64,000 nt of DNA from Promethearchaeota archaeon. GTDB taxonomy: Archaea; Asgardarchaeota; Lokiarchaeia; Sigyniarchaeales; SOKP01. How positions within the stretch are numbered: the first letter of the stretch is position 1; the number at the start of each line of letters is the position of its first letter. Position numbers and translations under genes: made by a program. The stretch lies in contig JAHLWP010000002.1 in NCBI GenBank assembly GCA_019057865.1, forward strand, positions 166,465 to 230,464, read 5' to 3'. The notes beneath the pieces are model-generated. The model made no database searches. It saw nothing but the letters and a program-made list of their open reading frames with translations, and was not told the origin of the DNA. Shown here one piece after another: positions 1-8,954 of this stretch.

Positions 1-749
1 AAAGCAGCCCAGCTTTTAGATCTAAACATTTGATTAAATATAACTTCATTAAATATCGAAATATCAGGAACATCTACTGTAGGAAAAGCAACTAGTACAA
101 TCAATATTTTAATGGCATTTATTAGTAAAAAGGGAGTAAATGCACATAACATCATTCTAAATTTATGTGAACCTTCTAAGTGTAACATTGTTCCACCTTT
201 ATAAATGCTAAATGGACTAATCTCTTCTTCTTTATACCTTTCTTTTACTTCTCCTATTGATCCGAAGCGATCTTCCAATCTTTCAGTAAATCCTACAGCG
301 TAATTGGCTCCTTTCGTAACCAACCAAATTAATATTGAAAAAAAGATTAATTGAAAACAAAGTCCAAATATGAAAAAAGCAGCAAAAAAGCTAAAGGTAA
401 AGTAAGCTTTTATAGGTGAATATGTAGAAATACTAGTGAAATTAAAGTGTGAGAATAAAGCTAAACCCATTAGCCCATAAAGTAAAGAGCTCAATAACAA
501 AATTAACCACCCTGGAGCTTTACTGCGTTTATGGTTAATATCCCAAAATCCTCGATTGGGCTGAATGAACAGATAATAAATTTTAATATACCATGGATAC
601 GGATTTGTCCATTCTGCTTCATATCTTCTAAAAAAAGAAATTGTTTCAATTTTTTCGATTTTTAATCGTACACCACAGAAACTACAAGCAAAACTATCAG
701 CACGATTCTCATTTCCACATCTAGGACATCTTTGAATAGCAATGCTCAT
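1..749 (-). CDS. Zinc-ribbon plus multi-pass membrane protein (Yip1-like), runs off the window edge
   Basis: Not in the ORF track. ATG at 749 gives MSIAIQRCPRCGNENRADSFACSFCG (CxxC-x10-CxxC) followed by several hydrophobic helices; the frame stays open to position 1. The Yip1 resemblance is by eye. Confidence 0.75.
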   Translation of the reverse strand, partial: MSIAIQRCPRCGNENRADSFACSFCGVRLKIEKIETISFFRRYEAEWTNPYPWYIKIYYLFIQPNRGFWDINHKRSKAPGWLILLLSSLLYGLMGLALFSHFNFTSISTYSPIKAYFTFSFFAAFFIFGLCFQLIFFSILIWLVTKGANYAVGFTERLEDRFGSIGEVKERYKEEEISPFSIYKGGTMLHLEGSHKFRMMLCAFTPFLLINAIKILIVLVAFPTVDVPDISIFNEVIFNQMFRSKSWAA

Positions 750-872
750 TTTTTGATTACTCCTTAAAATTCATTATAATAATCATATAATAAAATAATC
801 TTATAAAAATTTCTTTTAATTTTCTTATTTAAATAAATTACAATTGCTAAATTAAGAATTATTGTCTTTTCA

Positions 873-1943
873 TTAACTTATTTTTTGAAATTCTATAATA
901 AAATAATTTTTTTCTTTTAAAATGTCATATTTGCGATGTGAGAAGGATTGAATTAATTCTAGATTAGTTTTTGTATGGTTTGTAATTTCAAGTACTTTTA
1001 TTTTTGATGCCCCACTACAATAGGCCATTAAGGGTATTAATTGGTCGCTTAGAAAATTGTCAACAGGGATCTCATTTTTGATATATTTAAGGATTTCATT
1101 AGCAGCTATCGTTCCAAGTTTTTCAGAAGTAATTTGTTTTTCACCTAAAATTGTACCACTGGATATAATGGCTCCTGTATCTGAATGTGCCCATAAAAAA
1201 AGCCCTACACCAGGACTATATGAATTTACAAACTTATATTTTATGTTTGTTTCTAATTTTATATTTTTTCTAACTTGTTGTTCAATTGTTCTTTTTATTC
1301 TTTCATTTATATTACTTTTTTTCAATTGATTAGTTAAAATGATTTCTCCATTAAGATTTTCTAAATTCCCTAAATCTATTAAATTTATTGGCTTTAATTT
1401 GTCGGTTGGTGGATATATTACGCATTTAGCTTTAGCACCTCCCTTAGGATAAAATCCATGTTGATCTATATCAATATCAATTTTCAATCCGGATTTCTTG
1501 AAAATTTGATATGTTACTTCTTGAAGGTAATTGAGACTGGGAGCCCATTTTCCAAACGTACCTCCTCCATTCAATAATAACTCAATTTTTTCTGGTTTAT
1601 TGAATCCTAAACTAGATATTTGAATTGGCTGGAGTAATAACCCAAGGTTTGCTGCTGTATTTATATTAACTTGAATTTTATCTTTTATTTTTTTATTTGG
1701 AATTAAAGTTACTTTTTTCGTACCAACATGACATTCAGATAAGGTACTACTTGTTAATTCTGATAAAGTTTTTAGACCTAACATATGTTGAGTTCTTAAG
1801 CCAGGTTTTGGTCTATTAGCACGAATATTTTTAATTCTGATCGGTTGATTAAATAGAATAGAAAATCCTGCACCTAACCGGAGTATAGCTCCTCCCCCCT
1901 CTCCCATTGCACCATCAATTTCTAAAAACTCTAAATTAGTCAT
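873..1943 (-). CDS. rtcA: RNA 3'-terminal phosphate cyclase
   Basis: IDGAMGEGGGAILR, IRANRPKPGL, GFYPKGG, DQLIPLMA and HTKTN (catalytic His) motifs. Confidence 0.95.
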   Translation of the reverse strand: MTNLEFLEIDGAMGEGGGAILRLGAGFSILFNQPIRIKNIRANRPKPGLRTQHMLGLKTLSELTSSTLSECHVGTKKVTLIPNKKIKDKIQVNINTAANLGLLLQPIQISSLGFNKPEKIELLLNGGGTFGKWAPSLNYLQEVTYQIFKKSGLKIDIDIDQHGFYPKGGAKAKCVIYPPTDKLKPINLIDLGNLENLNGEIILTNQLKKSNINERIKRTIEQQVRKNIKLETNIKYKFVNSYSPGVGLFLWAHSDTGAIISSGTILGEKQITSEKLGTIAANEILKYIKNEIPVDNFLSDQLIPLMAYCSGASKIKVLEITNHTKTNLELIQSFSHRKYDILKEKNYFIIEFQKIS

Positions 1944-3099
1944 CTAATTCACTTTTTTCATATAACATTTTTATTCTCTCAATCCCATTAAAATCTTCAA
2001 TCAAATCAATAACTTCTTTAGGTACTAAGTGCCTCCAGCTATTATTTCCTTCTCTTATTAAGGATCTTATGTTATTCCCATTGAATTTTTTTTTAAATAT
2101 TGTTATTTTTCTTCCAACTTTAAAACCTTCATTCTGAAATAATTCTCGAACCCAATCGCTATTAGAAAAGACAACATTAAAGTCTCCAACTATAGAGACA
2201 ACATGGTCAACCCAATTTTTTGCATTAAAAATGTCTGGGATCTCATATATATTATATCGCTTATTTTCTATTTTCCTTTTCTTTAGGGCTGCTTTGATAA
2301 ATTTTATTCTTTCTTCACTTGTAAATGGATCATTTGGCAAATGGGATAACTGAGAGCTTCCTATTCCTATTTTTACTGTATTATATGAATTAGGAATTTT
2401 ATTTAGTACATAAATATGACCATGATGTAATGGTTGAAATCTTCCTATAAATAATGCTACATTTTCTGTTTTACTATTAATATTATCAAATCCTTGCTTA
2501 AAGTGAGAGATAATATCCATATTTAAGATTTTTCTCCAGATTTTATGTGAATGATCGATGAGTTTCTCATTTTTTAGCAAAACTTCTAATTCTTCCTTTG
2601 TATAAAATTGGCTTCCATCAATTTCTAACTCGTTAGGATTAGGTTTTAATTTAACATCATAATCAACCATTCCAAGAAATATATAAGATATCTCTTTTGT
2701 TAAATTATCCTTTTCTGTACTTAAGTCAAAAAATTTAATGTTTCTAATCTTCCTTGAAGGAATTCCAAATTCTTCTTCAAGTTCTCTTATAGCATTTTGC
2801 TTAACTTCTTTGAGATCTAAAGTTTTTTTCCATATTACATGCCCAGAAGCAGAATCTGTATAATATTCAGGATAAGATTTCTTACTTTTACCACGTTTTT
2901 GTACAAGATAAAGAAGTTTATTATCAGAACTTTTTGAGACTATGAAAAATCTAATAATTAGATGTGTTACTTTTTTTCGATGAGCTTCTTTCCGTTCCAT
3001 AGGAAAGACATATTTAGATATTTGCCCTGATTGCAAATATTTTATATTCTTATCATCAATGCAAGCTAAAAATTCTTTTTCCATAGACTTTTCCTTCAT
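1936..3099 (-). CDS. nadM: NUDIX domain fused to nicotinamide-nucleotide adenylyltransferase
   Basis: N-terminal Nudix box (SASGHV...AIRELEEEFGI); C-terminal FIGRFQPLHHGH...GIGSSQ...PFTSEER NMNAT motifs. Confidence 0.85.
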   Translation of the reverse strand: MKEKSMEKEFLACIDDKNIKYLQSGQISKYVFPMERKEAHRKKVTHLIIRFFIVSKSSDNKLLYLVQKRGKSKKSYPEYYTDSASGHVIWKKTLDLKEVKQNAIRELEEEFGIPSRKIRNIKFFDLSTEKDNLTKEISYIFLGMVDYDVKLKPNPNELEIDGSQFYTKEELEVLLKNEKLIDHSHKIWRKILNMDIISHFKQGFDNINSKTENVALFIGRFQPLHHGHIYVLNKIPNSYNTVKIGIGSSQLSHLPNDPFTSEERIKFIKAALKKRKIENKRYNIYEIPDIFNAKNWVDHVVSIVGDFNVVFSNSDWVRELFQNEGFKVGRKITIFKKKFNGNNIRSLIREGNNSWRHLVPKEVIDLIEDFNGIERIKMLYEKSELDD

Positions 3100-3932
3100 A
3101 AATTAACTTTTATAACATCTCCTACTTTGACTCCTAACTTTTTTACAGCATTTCCTCGATTAATAGAAATTTCAAGATATCCACTTGATCCTCTTAGAAA
3201 TAATAACGATTTTATTGGTATAACTGAGAAATGGGATGTGTATTTACCTTTAAACAACTGATGTTTAATCTGTACTGTAATTATATCATCAATATTTAAT
3301 GAAAATGAAGTTCCCTTAATATTATTATTATCATCTATTTTAATATTAGTAGTTATATTCCCAAAAGAATCTATATATTGAATAGTACATAAGATCTCTT
3401 TTTTTTTCAATATAACTTCATACTTAATTGGAATTCCTACTAGATTGTTTAAACTAAACTTTGGTCCAAAATTTTTAAGTGTTATTCCATTTGAAATATA
3501 TGCTCCAACGGGAGCCATAATATCCCTACCATGAAATGTATTTGATATGGGATGAAGGAAAAAATTCTCATTTTGAAGTTTAACACATTCAGAGATTTTA
3601 TCATTTTCAAGTAAAACTGAAAAAATCCCATTGTTAGGACCCACAAAAAAATAATTTGATTCAGTCTTTAGAGCTAATAGTTCCCTATAACTCCCAACCC
3701 CTGGGTCAACAACAATTATAAATATTGTATATGGAGGGAAATGTTTATACGTGGTTTTAATTATATAAGAAGCTTCAATTATAGAAAATGAAGATATATT
3801 ATGCGAGATATCAATAATTTTTGCTATCGGATTGATTTTTAAAATAACTCCTTTCATACTTGATATATAATGAGAACTTTTAGACCCGAAATCTGTTAAT
3901 AAACCGATTATATTACAATTAGGCTCTGCCAT
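3096..3932 (-). CDS. SAM hydroxide adenosyltransferase (DUF62 / chlorinase-fluorinase family)
   Basis: LLTDFG, VVDPGVG, GPNNG, TFHGRDI, YIDSFGNITTN and GSSGYLEISIN motifs. Confidence 0.92.
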   Translation of the reverse strand: MAEPNCNIIGLLTDFGSKSSHYISSMKGVILKINPIAKIIDISHNISSFSIIEASYIIKTTYKHFPPYTIFIIVVDPGVGSYRELLALKTESNYFFVGPNNGIFSVLLENDKISECVKLQNENFFLHPISNTFHGRDIMAPVGAYISNGITLKNFGPKFSLNNLVGIPIKYEVILKKKEILCTIQYIDSFGNITTNIKIDDNNNIKGTSFSLNIDDIITVQIKHQLFKGKYTSHFSVIPIKSLLFLRGSSGYLEISINRGNAVKKLGVKVGDVIKVNL

Positions 3933-3989
3933 TTTAATAATACTTAAAATTTGATAAATGTTTTAAAAAGTAAGAATTTGAAAAGACTA

Positions 3990-4895
3990 TTACTTTTTAC
4001 CATATTTTTGATCTACATTATAAAAATCTTCTAATGCTTTGGATTTCAACCTATATTCCTCTTCTTTATCAAATTCAACTAACATTTTAGATAACTCGCT
4101 TGCTTTTCTATAGTGCATATAAGCTGAATGAAATTCCTCATTTCTAAGAGCATTGCGCGCTTCTTGTACAACTCTTTCCCTCTCTTTTGAAAATTCAGGA
4201 ACTTGTTGAGAAAAAGATCCTTTCTCTTTTAAAGAAGTAGATATATCCATTAAATAGAGTTTTTCAGCGAGCTCCGCTGCTTTATTGTAAAATTTTGCTG
4301 CTTTTTCATAGTCCGAGGATTTTAATGATGTTTCAGCGGTATTATAATAATCAGAAATTTTTGTATGTTCTCCATCTTCAATTTTTTGTAGTAATTCTTG
4401 AGCGATACTCCTTTCTTTCTTTCCACCACTTATCATAAATTTTGTGATATTCTTGATACTTGCTCTTAATGCATCTGGTTGTAAAATATCAATTAAGGGT
4501 TCCAAATGTTCAAGATATATATCCTTTAATACATTCTCAAATTCATCTTTTGATTTCTTTAAGATGTTAAGGCTTGGCATTTCAAAAGTTTCAGCAGCTT
4601 CTTTAAGAGCGGAACGGAACTTCTCTGGTTTATCATCTTCATTTAATAATAAACCTAAGATAATTCCATTAGCGTTTCTAGATAATTTACCCTTAAATTT
4701 ATAAAAATAAGAAAAAATCCTATGAATTTCTTTTAATTTTAATAGATTAAACTCATTTTTTGAATGATCAAGGTTTAATCTAAGAAATAAATCGCTCGTG
4801 ACTTCGAAATCTGACTTACCCTCTTTAAAATAATATCCTAAAATTTTATAATCTGAATCTGTTGGTAATAATATTGCAAAACAGCCTATTGGCAT
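3990..4895 (-). CDS. Hypothetical protein: possible longin-like N-domain plus TPR/SNAP-like helical repeats
   Basis: 301-aa ORF; beta/alpha N-terminal pattern; repeated YEKAAKFYNKAAELA / FHSAYMHYRKASELS helices. Domain calls are by eye. Confidence 0.55.
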   Translation of the reverse strand: MPIGCFAILLPTDSDYKILGYYFKEGKSDFEVTSDLFLRLNLDHSKNEFNLLKLKEIHRIFSYFYKFKGKLSRNANGIILGLLLNEDDKPEKFRSALKEAAETFEMPSLNILKKSKDEFENVLKDIYLEHLEPLIDILQPDALRASIKNITKFMISGGKKERSIAQELLQKIEDGEHTKISDYYNTAETSLKSSDYEKAAKFYNKAAELAEKLYLMDISTSLKEKGSFSQQVPEFSKERERVVQEARNALRNEEFHSAYMHYRKASELSKMLVEFDKEEEYRLKSKALEDFYNVDQKYGKK

Positions 4896-4963
4896 AGAGA
4901 GAATTACACCTTTATTTTTACTTGTATTAATCTTGTTATCAAATTTAATTATAAAAAATAAAT

Positions 4964-5386
4964 TTAAGTTGGTTTAGCACCAATTAATCTATTGGTTTCT
5001 TCTCTTATAGATTGAATTATTGCTAACAGTTGGGTATAATAAAGATTATCTGATACTGCTTTCGATACCTGCTTTAGAGTTTCAATTGCTTTCTTTTCTT
5101 CATCTGTAATTGCCTCAATGGATTTTTTATCCCATAAATCCTTAACTTTTTTATTAAAATCTTCAGCAAGCTCTTGAATACTCTTACTGGACTGGACTCT
5201 GAATTGTTTTAATACTTCAACGATTAATCTAATATTTTCTGTTAATGCAACGTTCTGTTCAGAGAAGTTTTGGCTCATTTGATCAATTGATGCTCTCATT
5301 TGCCCTATTTGTGCAATAGTTCCACCTAAAGATTGAGTAATTTCATTAATTTTTTGAATCATATGCTCTAAGAGAGCTTCTGCCAT
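4964..5386 (-). CDS. Coiled-coil hypothetical protein
   Basis: 140-aa heptad-rich ORF with a GGGAGTG RBS-like sequence upstream. Confidence 0.75.
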   Translation of the reverse strand: MAEALLEHMIQKINEITQSLGGTIAQIGQMRASIDQMSQNFSEQNVALTENIRLIVEVLKQFRVQSSKSIQELAEDFNKKVKDLWDKKSIEAITDEEKKAIETLKQVSKAVSDNLYYTQLLAIIQSIREETNRLIGAKPT

Positions 5387-5435
5387 TTTTCACTCCCATT
5401 TCCTTTCTTAATTAAATTAATTATTTTAATATATT

Positions 5436-5840
5436 TTAGACTTCTTTTTTAACAGATTTCTTTAGAACTTTTACAGAATCAATTGCCTCTGATAAAAGTA
5501 AATTAACCGTATCTTGGTTAAGAACACCTCCAGAAATTTTAACGATCTCTTCAAGTTTATTAATTAGATTAGTAATAGCATCCAATCCTAACCCTTCTTG
5601 AATCTTTATTAATTCTTTTGTCGTTACTGCTCCAATTTCTTTTACAGTATCTATATGCTTAGTTTGAGTAATCTTAATCTCTGTTGAAAACTCTTGTAAT
5701 TTTAATGTTAAATTAGTTATTTTTTGTTCAATATTTTTGTTAAGTGCATCTAAAGAATTCTTTAATTCTTGTATTGCTTTACCCAATTGGGCTATTCTAC
5801 TATATATATTTTGTAGAAGATCAGTTAACATTTCCGCCAA
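5436..5840 (-). CDS. Coiled-coil hypothetical protein, possibly paralogous to its neighbour
   Basis: 134-aa heptad-rich ORF; N-terminus MAEMLTDLLQNI resembles MAEALLEHMIQKI. Confidence 0.75.
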   Translation of the reverse strand: MAEMLTDLLQNIYSRIAQLGKAIQELKNSLDALNKNIEQKITNLTLKLQEFSTEIKITQTKHIDTVKEIGAVTTKELIKIQEGLGLDAITNLINKLEEIVKISGGVLNQDTVNLLLSEAIDSVKVLKKSVKKEV

Positions 5841-6001
5841 GATATTTCACTTTTTTAATCTTTTTATAAGATTTAATTTTTTTCTTATTATAACTTCAAT
5901 TATTAATATAACAGATTACTACAATAAAAAAATTTTTATGTTTTTATTAGTTCAATTATTAATATTAAATGCATCAAAAAAAGAAAGTCAAGAAGAATTC
6001 A

Positions 6002-6157
6002 TGGACTCGGGGGGATTTGAACCCCCGATTTCCTGTGTCTTCTACAAAAAGTAGAAAAAATTCAGGCTTTTACTTGAACGGACATTTCTTAGAATTTCTT
6101 GTTTGTCCGTCGGTCATTTATAAGACCTGCGCTTTAACCAAACTAAGCAACGAGTCC
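6002..6157 (-). tRNA. tRNA-Ile(UAU) with two introns (about 50 nt at 37/38 or 38/39, 6069-6118; 31 nt at 45/46, 6030-6060)
   Basis: Acceptor GGACTCG/CGAGTCC+A; D arm GCTT/AAGC; anticodon arm CAGGT-CT-TAT-AA-GCCTG; T arm GGGGG-TTCAAAT-CCCCC. The second intron has BHB helix CCTG/CAGG with AA|T and AA|A bulges. Confidence 0.8.
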
Positions 6158-6357
6158 GTATATACTCGAAAATTATAATGTATTAAAAAATAAAAACTTA
6201 ACTTATTCATAGAACTATAGTATATTAATTAATTTGAGCTTATTATTTTTTGAAATTGTGGTGGGGAATTTTACTTTAGGATTTCCTATTATATCTAACT
6301 GCTCAAGATTTTTCAATTTACAAATACCTAATTTTTCAATTTACAGATTTCCGAAAG

Positions 6358-6393
6358 GCAGGGAGATCTGGGGTTCAAATCCCCGATGGCCCA
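6358..6393 (+). tRNA. Orphan tRNA 3' half (positions 38-73), probably tRNA-Pro; no 5' half seen in the window
   Basis: G-CAGGG-AGATC-TGGGG-TTCAAAT-CCCCG-ATGGCCC-A followed by a T-tract; preceded by CGAA-AG| (half of a BHB). Confidence 0.6.
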
Positions 6394-6533
6394 TATTTTT
6401 TTATTGTTTGATAATTGTTAATTTAATCATTATACTTCGTGAAACATCAATTTCACGCTTGTTCATATACATCTATGTAGTATTTAGAGATATCACTAGA
6501 TAATATAAAAAAAGTTCTTGGTTAGGATCAATT

Positions 6534-7229
6534 TCATTTATCTAAACGAGAAGATATTAAATTAAGAAGCCATTTCTTAATTTGAGTTAAATTCTTTAAT
6601 ATTCCAGGCATACGATTTTCAGGATATGTATGCTCTTGTTCTAATCTTTGAGTTGACTCCATCCATTTATTTAAAGCTAATTGGACCAAATTTGAACCTT
6701 CAGCTTCCATAAATAAAGGGATAACAGCAGCACTTTCTCTTGCATCACCGATGGCAAAATAAACCTTTCGATTGATATCCTTTAACATTACAAGATTAAC
6801 ACACTCATCTATTTTTCGTTCTACTAAAATGGCTTTAAGTATTTGTGCTTGAATATCCTTATCTTTATTTTTAAAAATATCTTTTCTTCTTAAAAGAGCT
6901 GGCTGAACTTCTGTAATAACTTTTTCACCAGTGCTTCCTGTGCTAAAATATTTAGCGATTCTTAAATTATCATTTAAAGCTTGGATAGATGTAAATTTTT
7001 TACTATTTGAATATAAAATTGCTTTAGAACCACCTGAAGTTTCGCTTGATGATAATTTAATATAAATATTTCTCATAGCAACGGAATTACAGGTATGATA
7101 TGCTAATTCGAATAACTCTCGTGAACTTAATGGTTTGTAAGGTATTTCAATATGTTTGAAAAGCCATTGAGAAGAAATAACGTCATTAAATTGAATAAGA
7201 AGTCGATTTTCCATAATTAAAATAAACAC
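6534..7229 (-). CDS. Hypothetical protein (start probably ATG at 7214)
   Basis: 231-aa ORF with protein-like composition; no motif recognised. Confidence 0.75.
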   Translation of the reverse strand: MFILIMENRLLIQFNDVISSQWLFKHIEIPYKPLSSRELFELAYHTCNSVAMRNIYIKLSSSETSGGSKAILYSNSKKFTSIQALNDNLRIAKYFSTGSTGEKVITEVQPALLRRKDIFKNKDKDIQAQILKAILVERKIDECVNLVMLKDINRKVYFAIGDARESAAVIPLFMEAEGSNLVQLALNKWMESTQRLEQEHTYPENRMPGILKNLTQIKKWLLNLISSRLDK

Positions 7230-7346
7230 TCAATTACGAATTTATTCTTATAGTGTTGATTAAAATATAGAACTTCTTATTTTTAACCTTTCCCCCATAT
7301 GAATATTTCTATTTGAATAGAAATTTAGATTTCTGAGTGTAAACAA

Positions 7347-8711
7347 TTATTGTTTTATTTGATTGTAAGCTTTTACAAATCTCTCAACAGCTAATTCGAT
7401 ATCTTTCGTTGTTGCACCAATGGCAGCATTCATAACAATATAAGGAGTTGTATAATTTTCACAACATGTTCCAAATGCTGTTTCTTTTGGATTATAGACT
7501 CTTGGACCAGTAACCCGTAAATTGTATAAAGCACCTCCAAGGGCATATAGTTGTTCTTCTTTTAAGTTCTTTAAAGATACTGCTACTGCTATTGGATTAT
7601 AAATATCAAGAATTCTTTCATTAATATTATCTGCAACTATCTTTAATTTTTCTTCTAATATTTTACGATTCTGCTGTTGTTCTTCAATTAATTTTTGATA
7701 TCCATTAATTCCTAATGAAAGAACTGAAATTAAGAAGTTAACAACTGGAGTGGCTGAAGCACGTCCAGCATAAGTTTGACTAATTTCAATTATAATTTCT
7801 TTGCTAGGTGATGCTATTATTGCACCTCCAACCGGAGTTAGAAAGTTTTTGTCAGTTGATTGAATTATCGCATCTACTCTACCAGCATCTATAGCAACTC
7901 TAATTAGTTTCATCCATTCAGGGCTTTGAGCTCCATATGCATTTATAATAATATGTACTAGGTTATTATCTTGCGCAAATTTACTAATTTCTTTGATATT
8001 ATCAGATTCTCTAGGAGGAAAATAACTAGTGGTTGAAACAATAGCAAAGCAATCATTATCTAAATTTTTTTTAATGTCTTCAACAGGTATTCTCACAACA
8101 TCTCTAAAAATTTTTCCTTTAACGATTTTTGCCCGAAAACCCATTAATTCAATTGATTTTAATAATGATTTATGATCAATTTGTGGCAACAACACCTTTC
8201 TCTTATGAAGTAGTTTAGAATCATCCCAATCTGGTCTTAATGCTCCTAAACATAAAGATAATGACATTCCAGTACATAAGGGCACTACAATTGCTTCTTT
8301 TATATTTGGTAATCCAATATTTTTCAATAAGTTTCGCGCTAAATAATTGGTAATTTCATACATTATTGATCCTCCAGGTGCTTTAGGTTGTGGAGCTGTT
8401 AAAAATCCACTTCTACCTACACCATGACAAAATCCAGCCGAAGTTTTCAAATGAAGTTTTGACGCAATTCTAGCCTCTCTTTCACCTACTCTAGCAGCGT
8501 TATCATCCTTGTCTGTATCCATATTTGAAAGTGTTGCAAGTAAGAATTCTATTTGTTCATCACTCCACGGTTCTTTTGGAACACTTTTCTGTTCAAATAA
8601 GTTCTTTATTGGATTTAAGAAATTATTTAATACAACCTGTCCTCGATTCAACATATTTTGAGGAACAGATGAACTTTTAAAATATTTAATAATCTCGTGA
8701 AAATTTACCAT
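7347..8711 (-). CDS. spcS: O-phosphoseryl-tRNA(Sec) selenium transferase (SepSecS)
   Basis: VGEREARI, HGVGRSG, QPKAPG, CTGMSL, QSTDKNFLTPVGG (PLP lysine) and YAGRAS motifs. Start moved to ATG 8711 because the longer ORF overlaps tRNA-Sec. Confidence 0.95.
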   Translation of the reverse strand: MVNFHEIIKYFKSSSVPQNMLNRGQVVLNNFLNPIKNLFEQKSVPKEPWSDEQIEFLLATLSNMDTDKDDNAARVGEREARIASKLHLKTSAGFCHGVGRSGFLTAPQPKAPGGSIMYEITNYLARNLLKNIGLPNIKEAIVVPLCTGMSLSLCLGALRPDWDDSKLLHKRKVLLPQIDHKSLLKSIELMGFRAKIVKGKIFRDVVRIPVEDIKKNLDNDCFAIVSTTSYFPPRESDNIKEISKFAQDNNLVHIIINAYGAQSPEWMKLIRVAIDAGRVDAIIQSTDKNFLTPVGGAIIASPSKEIIIEISQTYAGRASATPVVNFLISVLSLGINGYQKLIEEQQQNRKILEEKLKIVADNINERILDIYNPIAVAVSLKNLKEEQLYALGGALYNLRVTGPRVYNPKETAFGTCCENYTTPYIVMNAAIGATTKDIELAVERFVKAYNQIKQ

Positions 8712-8737
8712 AAAATTCACATCAAAAATATTAAAAA

Positions 8738-8889
8738 TGGCGGCCCCCAGGGGGATATTCTTAAAAAGAGTAAATCTCTTTTCATATCGAACCCCTATCC
8801 CTCCGCAGGATAACTGGGTTTGAAGCCCAGCGTCAAAGACCACTTATCGTCGAGGATCGGAATGACCTCCAATTCGACCGCTAGGGGCC
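8738..8889 (-). tRNA. selC: tRNA-Sec(UCA) with two BHB introns (D-arm 8844-8872, 29 nt; T-loop 59/60 8756-8785, 30 nt) and encoded CCA
   Basis: 9-bp acceptor GGCCCCTAG/CTGGGGGCC + G73 + CCA; after splicing, a 7-bp D stem GTCGAAG/CTTTGAC with a 4-nt loop; CTGGG-CT-TCA-AA-CCCAG; long variable arm; 4-bp T stem (9/4 fold). Confidence 0.93.
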
Positions 8890-8954
8890 ACAAAAATTTA
8901 TTTTTTAATTTAATTTATCAGTTAATTTAAATGAATTTTATGTTTTTGTTTTAT

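Noticed and set aside
6030-6118. Reading the 6002-6157 tRNA as Leu(UAA) with a long variable arm
   Set aside because: The extra arm would be about 36 nt, it has clear BHB geometry, and the body is Ile-type.
5737-6503. Plus-strand ORFs 5737-6054, 5969-6178 and 6234-6503
   Set aside because: They overlap tRNA sequences or run antisense to a real gene, and have no protein-like features.
8712-8843. 44-aa N-terminal extension of SepSecS in the ORF track
   Set aside because: It overlaps tRNA-Sec; ATG 8711 gives a normal-length enzyme.
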